Shown: piece by piece, positions 1 to 7,143 of the stretch | Numbering within the stretch: the first letter of the stretch is position 1 | Layout: each line of letters opens with the position of its first letter | Source of the DNA: an uncultured Bacilli bacterium | Lineage (GTDB): Bacteria; Bacillota_I; Bacilli_A; RF39; UBA660 | Assembly: GCA_947629135.1 (NCBI GenBank) | Contig: CANRCN010000003.1 | Location: 1-42,822 of the forward strand | Length of the DNA stretch: 42,822 nucleotides | Direction of reading: 5' to 3' | The notes under the pieces: model-generated | Told to the model about the DNA's origin: nothing | Seen by the model: only the letters and a program-made list of their open reading frames with translations | Databases searched by the model: none | Position numbers and translations under genes: made by a program

Positions 1-29
1 TATTACAACTAATATCAAAAAAGCAAGAG

Positions 30-89
30 TTAAGTACTCCACCTTAATGATACGGGACTTATTAGTTTTAAAATATATAGTTTGCCCAT
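30..89 (-). CDS. Putative 19-aa small ORF (MGKLYILKLISPVSLRWST), or the 5' part of a frameshifted gene running off the window edge
   Basis: Very strong SD (GAGGAGGTGA) just before ATG at 89 and a consensus promoter upstream; stop TAA at 32-30; the -1 frame stays open to position 1. Confidence 0.3.
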   Translation of the reverse strand: MGKLYILKLISPVSLRWST

Positions 90-182
90 ATTATCACCTC
101 CTCTAAACTATATACAAGAATAAAAATATTTGAAAAAGTTTTGGAGGCTAACACCTAACTTATAGGTTACATCTCTAAAATA

Positions 183-211
183 ATTATATAGTTATGATAC
201 AATATTGTCAA
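183..211 (-). promoter_or_regulatory. Perfect sigma-A/70 promoter TTGACA-N17-TATAAT, firing leftwards
   Basis: The + strand has ATTATA at 183-188 and TGTCAA at 206-211, with a 17-nt spacer. Confidence 0.8.
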
Positions 212-390
212 TAATTTATTTGTAAAAAAAGTATAAAAATATCATTTCAATTTTTATAATTCTAATTTGTTATGATTGTGTGTGATTTTATAAAAAATGG
301 AAACACTTTTGGGAATGAAATGTGTTTTTTGTTCATTTTTGCTTTAATATATTTTTAGTAAATTTATAAAACATAACTTATAAAATACAA

Positions 391-419
391 TTTACTTTTT
401 TTAGTTTTTTATGTATAAT
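391..419 (+). promoter_or_regulatory. Sigma-A promoter of dusB
   Basis: TTTACT(391-396)-N17-TATAAT(414-419). Confidence 0.6.
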
Positions 420-436
420 ATGTCTTGGTGATGGAG

Positions 437-1423
437 ATGTATATAGGTAATGTTTATATAGATGGAAAAACAGTGTTAGCGCCAATGGCTGGAATTTGCA
501 ATAGTGCATTTAGAAAAATTATTAAAGAGATGGGATGTGCGTTAATCTATGCTGAGATGGTAAGTGATAAAGCTCTTTTTTATGGTAATGAAAAAACTAA
601 AGAAATGCTTTTTATGGAGCAAATAGAAAGACCTATTGTTCAACAAATATTTGGAAGTGATAAAGAATCTTTTGTTTATGCAGCTAAATACATTGAAGAA
701 GTTATGCATCCAGATATAATTGACATCAATATGGGATGCCCTGTTCCAAAAGTTGCATTAAGAGCTCAAGCAGGAGCAGCTCTTTTAAAAAATCCATCTA
801 AGATAAAAGAAATAGTTGAATCTGTAGTTAAAGCTGTATCAGTTCCAGTTACTGTTAAGATTAGAAGTGGTTGGGATCAGAATAGTATTAATGCCGTAGA
901 AGTTGCTAAAATCTGTGAAGAAGCAGGAGCAAGTGCTATTTGTATTCATCCAAGAACAAGAAGTCAAGGCTATAGTGGAAAATCCGATTGGAGTTTAATT
1001 AAGAAAGTAAAAGAAAGTGTTAAGATACCTGTAATTGGTAATGGTGATATAACAGATATTTATAAAGCCAAACAAATGCTTGATGAAACAGGATGTGATT
1101 TAATAATGATAGGACGAGGTGTTTTAGGAAATCCTTGGCTTATAAAAGAAATAAATGCTTATTTAAAGGATGGAACAATTCTTCCTAAGCCAACACCAAT
1201 TGAAAAAGTTGATATGTGTTTAAAACATTTAGATTATTTAAGTAAAATAAAAGAAGAAAAAGTTGCTTGCTTAGAAATTAGAAATCATATTGCTTGGTAT
1301 TTAAAAGGAATAAAAAATAGTAATCAAGTTAAAGAAAAAATATATCAAACCAAAAAATTATGTGATATAATAAAAATATTAAATGATTTTAAGGAGGAAT
1401 TAAATGAAACCAGCAAGTTATAA
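437..1423 (+). CDS. dusB: tRNA-dihydrouridine synthase DusB
   Basis: LAPMAG, QQIFGS, DINMGCP, TVKIRSGW, HPRT and IGNGDI motifs; ATG 437 follows GGTGA (track start 425). Confidence 0.93.
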   Translation: MYIGNVYIDGKTVLAPMAGICNSAFRKIIKEMGCALIYAEMVSDKALFYGNEKTKEMLFMEQIERPIVQQIFGSDKESFVYAAKYIEEVMHPDIIDINMGCPVPKVALRAQAGAALLKNPSKIKEIVESVVKAVSVPVTVKIRSGWDQNSINAVEVAKICEEAGASAICIHPRTRSQGYSGKSDWSLIKKVKESVKIPVIGNGDITDIYKAKQMLDETGCDLIMIGRGVLGNPWLIKEINAYLKDGTILPKPTPIEKVDMCLKHLDYLSKIKEEKVACLEIRNHIAWYLKGIKNSNQVKEKIYQTKKLCDIIKILNDFKEELNETSKL

Positions 1424-2207
1424 AAGAATATTTGCATATTTAATTGATATTTTAATGATTGCCTGTATTGGTGTTATTATTGGAGGATTTATACCTGTAA
1501 GCGAGAAGTATGAGGCAGCAAGTGTTGAATTAACAGATACTTTAACTGATTATACTGAAAAGAAAATTAATGAAGAGACTTATATCAAGAAAGTAAATGA
1601 TATAAATTATACTTTAAGTAAAGAAAGTATTGCAACAAGTATTATCACGGTTGTTGTTTATATTGGTTATTTTGTTATTTTACCTTATTATTGGAATTCT
1701 CAAACAGTTGGCAAAAAAATAATGAAAATAAAAATAGTATCACTTGATTCAGATAAGAAACTTACAATGAATAATTATTTAATAAGAGCTTTAATAATTG
1801 ATTCTATTTTATCTAGTATAATTAGTATTGTTTTACTTTTAACTTTAAATAAATCAAACTATATATTGGTTGATAATTATGTATCTAATTTCTTTATGTA
1901 TTTCTATATTATTTCATTTATCATGATATTATTTAGAAAAGATGGAATGTCTTTACATGATTTTATAGCTAGAACTAGAGTTGTTATGGTTGATGATAAA
2001 GGAGAAGTTGTAAAAGAAGCAGATGTAGTCAATGAAGTTAAAGAAGAAATTAATGAAACAAAAGAAATAGAAGAAACTAAAGAAGAAAAGGAAGAGGTTA
2101 AGAAACCTTCTAGTAAGAAAAAAAATACTAATAAAAAGACAGTTAAAAAAGAAGAAAATAAAAAAACAGAATCTAAGAAAACCGAAACTAAAAAAAGAAC
2201 TAATTAG
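1404..2207 (+). CDS. RDD family membrane protein with a long charged C-terminal tail
   Basis: KRIFAYLID, QTVGKKIMKIKIV and SLHDFIARTRVV motifs; several TM segments. Confidence 0.85.
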   Translation: MKPASYKRIFAYLIDILMIACIGVIIGGFIPVSEKYEAASVELTDTLTDYTEKKINEETYIKKVNDINYTLSKESIATSIITVVVYIGYFVILPYYWNSQTVGKKIMKIKIVSLDSDKKLTMNNYLIRALIIDSILSSIISIVLLLTLNKSNYILVDNYVSNFFMYFYIISFIMILFRKDGMSLHDFIARTRVVMVDDKGEVVKEADVVNEVKEEINETKEIEETKEEKEEVKKPSSKKKNTNKKTVKKEENKKTESKKTETKKRTN

Positions 2208-2304
2208 CTTAAATAAGTTAAAAGTTCTCTAATGACAACGATTTAATATCATTGTCATTATTAGTATAAAGAAAATTTTAAAATTATACAGAAAGGATAA
2301 AAAA

Positions 2305-3409
2305 ATGGAATTAAATGAAATTAAATTAGAATTAAAAAATATTAAAGAAAAGCAAGAAGAATTATGGAGGTTACTTTGACATCTCTAAAAAAGAAAGTAG
2401 AATAGAAGAATTAGAAGAAATTACTAAAGATTCTAATTTTTGGCTTGATAAAAATAAAGTTCAAGAAACAATGGATGAATTAAATAATTTAAAAGATATT
2501 GTTCATAATAATAAAGAAATAAAAGATCAACTTGAGAATGATTTAGTTCTTTTAGAAATTTTAGAATTAGAACCTGATGTTAATACTCAAGAAGAGATAG
2601 AAAAAGATGTATCTATTTTAAATGATAAATTACAAGCTTTAGAAATGTTTACTTTATTAAATTCTGAATATGATAAGAATAATTGTATTTTAGAAATTCA
2701 TGCTGGTGCTGGAGGAACAGAAGCTTGTGACTGGGCTAGTATGTTATATAGAATGTATCAGAGATATATGGAAAGACATAATTTTAAATATGAGGTTATT
2801 TCTTATTTAGAAGGTGAAGAAACAGGTATAAAAAGTGCTTCTATGAAAGTTACGGGAATGTATGCTTATGGTTATTTAAAATGTGAAAAGGGAGTTCATA
2901 GATTAGTTAGATTATCTCCATTTGATGCTAATAATAAAAGACATACTTCTTTTGCCTCAGTTGATGTAACACCAGAATTTACTGAGGTTTCTGATATTGA
3001 AATTCAAGAGAAAGATTTAAAAATAGATGTATATAGGAGTAGTGGAGCAGGAGGACAGCATATTAATACAACTGATAGTGCAGTTAGAATAACTCATTTG
3101 CCTACAAAAATTGTTGTATCATGTCAAAATCAAAGAAGTCAGATTCAAAATAGAGAAGAAGCTCTTAATATGCTTAAAAGTAAATTAAAACAATTAAGTA
3201 TAGAAAAACAGGCTAAAACTTTGAATGATGTTAAAGGAGAAAGTTTAAATATAGAATTTGGATCTCAAATAAGAAGTTATGTAATGCATCCTTATTCAAT
3301 GATAAAAGATCATAGAACTAATTATGAAACAGCAAATGTAGGTAAAGTCTTAGATGGGGATTTAGATGAATTTATAAAAAGTGAATTAAAAAATAATGTT
3401 AGTAATTAA
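2305..3409 (+). CDS. prfB: Peptide chain release factor 2, with a programmed +1 frameshift at CTT-TGA-C (2374-2380)
   Basis: SD GAAAGGA plus ATG 2305; 24 codons then CTT TGA C preceded by internal SD GGAGG; the +1 frame joins the 2471..3409 ORF, which has SPF and GGQ motifs. Confidence 0.97.
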
Positions 3410-3436
3410 AGTAGTATCAAAACTACTTTTCTTTTT
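3408..3436 (+). terminator. Intrinsic terminator after prfB
   Basis: AAAGTAGT-atcaaa-ACTACTTT followed by a T-rich tract. Confidence 0.6.
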
Positions 3437-3446
3437 GAGGTGATTT

Positions 3447-4031
3447 ATGAAAAAAATAAAAAAATATATTTATTTATTATTTGTTTTATTAGTTGCAGCC
3501 TTAAATTTTAATTTAATTTTAAAACCATTAAAGTTAGTAGTAGGAGGGACTCAGGGTGTTGCCGTTATTTTAAATCATTTATTCAAATTAAGTCCATCTT
3601 TTATTATCTTAATTATTAATGTTTTAATGTTAATTATTAGCTTTTTAACCTTAAAGAAAGAAACAACATTTGGAACAATTGAAGCAACTTTTATGTATCC
3701 AATTTTAGTTAAATTAACAAGTTTTATTCCTAATATCAAAGTTTCTAATGAATGGGTAATTATATTAGTAATATTAGCAGGTATTGTATGTGGAGTAACA
3801 GGAGGTTTAGTTTACAAGCTTGGTTTTTCAAATGGTGGTATAAGTGTTATACCTTTGTTAATTGAAAAATATTTTTCTATTCATGTTTACTTTTCAACTT
3901 TTGTTATTAATGGAATAATTGTTTTATTTGGAATAATTTACTTTGGAATTATAAAAGGCATTTATTCAATTATAATTATTTTATTACAAAGTTATTTAAT
4001 TAAGAAAGTATTAGGATTTAAAAGAAATTAA
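3447..4031 (+). CDS. YitT (DUF161) family membrane protein, without the usual C-terminal soluble domain
   Basis: LVVGGTQGVAVIL and GFSNGGISVI repeats; about 5-6 TM helices. Confidence 0.8.
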   Translation: MKKIKKYIYLLFVLLVAALNFNLILKPLKLVVGGTQGVAVILNHLFKLSPSFIILIINVLMLIISFLTLKKETTFGTIEATFMYPILVKLTSFIPNIKVSNEWVIILVILAGIVCGVTGGLVYKLGFSNGGISVIPLLIEKYFSIHVYFSTFVINGIIVLFGIIYFGIIKGIYSIIIILLQSYLIKKVLGFKRN

Positions 4032-4050
4032 TATAAAATAATTATTTTAT

Positions 4051-4079
4051 TTGAAAAAAAAGAGCAAACATATTATAAT
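4051..4079 (+). promoter_or_regulatory. Sigma-A promoter
   Basis: TTGAAA(4051-4056)-N17-TATAAT(4074-4079). Confidence 0.6.
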
Positions 4080-4118
4080 TAATTAATAAAGAATATATAT
4101 TATTATAAGGTGATGCTT

Positions 4119-4937
4119 ATGAAAAGAAAAACTTTAGCTGGTTATTTAATTGGATGTGTTTTAGCAATTTTATTAGTTTGTTATGTTTTATTATCAGTTA
4201 TTAGAACTACAATATTTAATGAAACTTATGTTAGAAAGATGTTTGATGAAAATAATTATTATAAGCTTATTTATAATAAAATTTTAGATAATATGGAAAT
4301 TTATCTTGAAAAATTTGATGTTCCTAAGGATATATTAGATAATATTTATACTGAGAATGAAGTTAAAAATGATATAGATAATATGATAGGAAGCATCTTT
4401 GAAAATGAAAAGTTTAAATATGATGAACAGATAATTGAAAATAGAATAAAAGGAAATATAAATAAATATATAGATGAATATAATGTTAAGCTAAATAATA
4501 TAGAAAAGTTTGTTAATGAAATAGTAAGTATTTATAAAAAAGGCATTAATGTTTTTAATGTAATTGAAAATTTTATTGATATATTTCAAAAAGTGGGAGG
4601 ATTACTTGGAATAATAACTACTTTATTGTTAGTTATGAGTGTAATTTTATTTATATCAATTATTTTAATTAAAGTAAAGTGTATTGGATTTACTAGTTTA
4701 TTAACTGGGATTATGTTATATATATTAAAATTTGGTTTATTTAAAGTAATAAATATTAATAAATTAAATATAATTACTAATGAATTAACTAAAGTAGTTA
4801 AAGATATTTTAGAAAAAATAAATAGTTTGTTAACAACTTATACAATTGTTTTTCTAATTTTAGGTATAATTTTTGTATTAATAGAGATATTAATAATAAT
4901 TAGAAATAGAGAGACTAAAAAGAAAATTAAAAACTAA
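4119..4937 (+). CDS. Hypothetical membrane protein (1 N-terminal TM, large helical loop, 3 C-terminal TM); paralog of 6202..7044
   Basis: Hydrophobicity pattern; shared TTI-NE...DENNYY block with the 6202 gene; SD AAGGTGA before ATG 4119 (track start 4110). Confidence 0.8.
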   Translation: MKRKTLAGYLIGCVLAILLVCYVLLSVIRTTIFNETYVRKMFDENNYYKLIYNKILDNMEIYLEKFDVPKDILDNIYTENEVKNDIDNMIGSIFENEKFKYDEQIIENRIKGNINKYIDEYNVKLNNIEKFVNEIVSIYKKGINVFNVIENFIDIFQKVGGLLGIITTLLLVMSVILFISIILIKVKCIGFTSLLTGIMLYILKFGLFKVININKLNIITNELTKVVKDILEKINSLLTTYTIVFLILGIIFVLIEILIIIRNRETKKKIKN

Positions 4938-4992
4938 TAATAAATTGTTTTACTCTTTTTTGGAAAGTATCGTAAAATAACAGAAAAAAATC

Positions 4993-5021
4993 TTGCATTT
5001 CAGAAAGTACTAAGATATAAT
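4993..5021 (+). promoter_or_regulatory. Sigma-A promoter of the sortase-substrate operon
   Basis: TTGCAT(4993-4998)-N17-TATAAT(5016-5021). Confidence 0.65.
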
Positions 5022-5043
5022 ATGTATTGAGAGGAGAAAAAGT

Positions 5044-5574
5044 ATGAAAAGATTCATGATGATGTTATTAGCAGTTCTTTTAGTATTTTTTGTTGTAAGT
5101 CCTGTAAGTGCTTTAACCGAAAGACAAGTTCTTGATAAGTTAGAGAAAACTTATACAATTAATGGAGCTGAATTTAAAATTTCACCAGCTTTAAAGAAAA
5201 TAATAGAAGATTATGCTAATGAATTTGAAGTTTCAAATGATGATTTAAATGCTATTGATCTTGCAATAAAAAATGCAGTTGAAATAGTAGAAAAAGACAA
5301 AGTAAAGAAAATTGAAGATCTTTCTTCAGCTGCAAAAGAAAGATTATTAGATTTACTTGCTGACTTCCGTGTTAATACTTCAATTAATGTTACTTATACT
5401 AATGGAGTATTGACTATTTACACTCCAGATGGAGAATTATTTGATAAAGTTACAGATTTAGTAAAACAAACTGGAACTGAAACAAATAGTATTGCTATTC
5501 TTGCTGGTGTATCATTTGTAGTTATGTTAGCAGGTGCATTTGTAGTAGTTAGAAAAGTAAGAGTTACTGACTAA
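5044..5574 (+). CDS. Secreted protein with an LPXTG-like sorting signal (VKQTG + TM + basic tail); putative sortase substrate
   Basis: Signal peptide ending VSA; C-terminal VKQTG, hydrophobic SIAILAGVSFVVMLAGAFVVV, then RKVR; strong SD GAGGAG. Confidence 0.75.
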   Translation: MKRFMMMLLAVLLVFFVVSPVSALTERQVLDKLEKTYTINGAEFKISPALKKIIEDYANEFEVSNDDLNAIDLAIKNAVEIVEKDKVKKIEDLSSAAKERLLDLLADFRVNTSINVTYTNGVLTIYTPDGELFDKVTDLVKQTGTETNSIAILAGVSFVVMLAGAFVVVRKVRVTD

Positions 5575-6209
5575 TGAATAAAATGAAATTTATAAAGACA
5601 TTTGCTACTAACGTAGCAATTTCTTTTTTCTTTGCAGCAATTTTTGTTTTTACGACTTATATGTTATTTGATAAGAAAATAAACTATTATACTTCACTTA
5701 TAAATTCAATTGCAATTAAACAATCAGATGATGTAGAAAATAAACAATCAGAATATAATCATACTTCTAAAAAAATAACTAATAGACCAAGATATGGTAA
5801 AAAATTTGCAACTTTAAAAATTCCTGAAATTGATATGAATTTACCTATTTATCATGGAGATACTCTTGATATTATGCGTTATGGGGTTGGGCATTATGGA
5901 GGTTCTTACTTTCCTGGTGAAGTTGGAACAATTATTTTAGCAGCTCATAATGATGTTGGTTTTTTTCATGAAATAGATAGATTAGTTGAAGGAAGTAAGA
6001 TTACAATTGAAGCTGATTATGGAACTTTTGAATATGAAGTTGATAGTTATAAGGTAGTTAATGAAACAGATTTAGATGCTTTTCAAATTCAAGAAGATAA
6101 AGAATTGTTAATAATGTATACTTGTTATCCAATAAGACATGGTGTTGTTGGAAGAAGAACTCAAAGATATATTGTCTATGCTAATAGAGTAGGTGATGAT
6201 AATGCATAG
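5574..6209 (+). CDS. Sortase, class D-like
   Basis: N-terminal TM; LKIPEI, GVGHY..S.FPGE, LAAHN (His), MYTCYP (Cys) and downstream R(Y)IV (Arg). Confidence 0.92.
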   Translation: MNKMKFIKTFATNVAISFFFAAIFVFTTYMLFDKKINYYTSLINSIAIKQSDDVENKQSEYNHTSKKITNRPRYGKKFATLKIPEIDMNLPIYHGDTLDIMRYGVGHYGGSYFPGEVGTIILAAHNDVGFFHEIDRLVEGSKITIEADYGTFEYEVDSYKVVNETDLDAFQIQEDKELLIMYTCYPIRHGVVGRRTQRYIVYANRVGDDNA

Positions 6210-7044
6210 AAAGACTCAAAGAATAATTAGTTATATATTAGGTTTCTTTTTGGTAATTTTTTTAGTACTATTAGCTATTTTAGCTATTCTTAAAACAACT
6301 ATTTTAAATGAAGTGGCTGTTAAGAAAGCTTTAGATGAAAATAATTATTATCAAATAATTACAGATAAAATATTTGAAAATATGAAAGATTATATGAGAT
6401 CATCTGGTTTAAATGTAGAAATTCTAAATGATTTGTTTACAGTTGAAGATGTTCGAAGTGATGTAAATAGATATCTTGATAAAATATATCAGGATAGTAA
6501 AATTGAGTTTGATGATACTAACTTAAAAGAAAAATTAACTAAGAACATAGAAATATCTTTAGAAAAACAAGATTTAAAAATAAATGATGAAGATGAAATT
6601 TCATCTTTTGTTACAGAAATGGTAAAGATTTATAAAAATGAAACAAATTTATACAATATAATAAATGGTTTCATTGAATCTATTCAGAAAGCAAATAATT
6701 TACTTAGCATTGTGGTTATTATTTTGTTAGTTATTTGTATAGCTTTAATTATTCCAATTGCTTGGATGAAAGTTAGATGTTTTGGTACAATTACTATAGC
6801 TGTTGGATTAATATTGTATTATATTAGATTTGCTATTTATGAAAAAATAGATTTTAAGAATATTCTTATTTTATCTAAAGAGTTTTCAGTAGTATTAACT
6901 TGGTTATTAACTAAAATTGCTAATTATATAGCTATATATGCGAGTGTTATAGTTGTAATAGGGTTAGTAATTGTTATTGTTGAGTCTTATATAACAATGA
7001 AGAAAAAAAGAAGGATACATCATCGAAGAAGTTTAGAAATATAA
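6202..7044 (+). CDS. Hypothetical membrane protein; paralog of 4119..4937
   Basis: Same topology and DENNYY block; start overlaps the sortase 3' end; SD AGGTGA before ATG 6202 (track start 6193). Confidence 0.8.
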   Translation: MHRKTQRIISYILGFFLVIFLVLLAILAILKTTILNEVAVKKALDENNYYQIITDKIFENMKDYMRSSGLNVEILNDLFTVEDVRSDVNRYLDKIYQDSKIEFDDTNLKEKLTKNIEISLEKQDLKINDEDEISSFVTEMVKIYKNETNLYNIINGFIESIQKANNLLSIVVIILLVICIALIIPIAWMKVRCFGTITIAVGLILYYIRFAIYEKIDFKNILILSKEFSVVLTWLLTKIANYIAIYASVIVVIGLVIVIVESYITMKKKRRIHHRRSLEI

Positions 7045-7055
7045 ATGTGTTTAAG

Positions 7056-7083
7056 AAAAGGAAAGTAAAAAAATCCTTTTTTT
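7056..7083 (+). terminator. Probable terminator of the sortase operon
   Basis: AAAAGGA...TCCTTTT followed by a T tract. Confidence 0.5.
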
Positions 7084-7143
7084 AGTATATAAAAATATTT
7101 AAAAATATGTTATACTATTAAAGATTTTAAAGAGGTGAATAGT

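Noticed and set aside
2230-2260. Palindrome TAATGACAA...TTGTCATTA before prfB
   Set aside because: No U-tract and no second copy noticed; cannot tell operator from weak terminator
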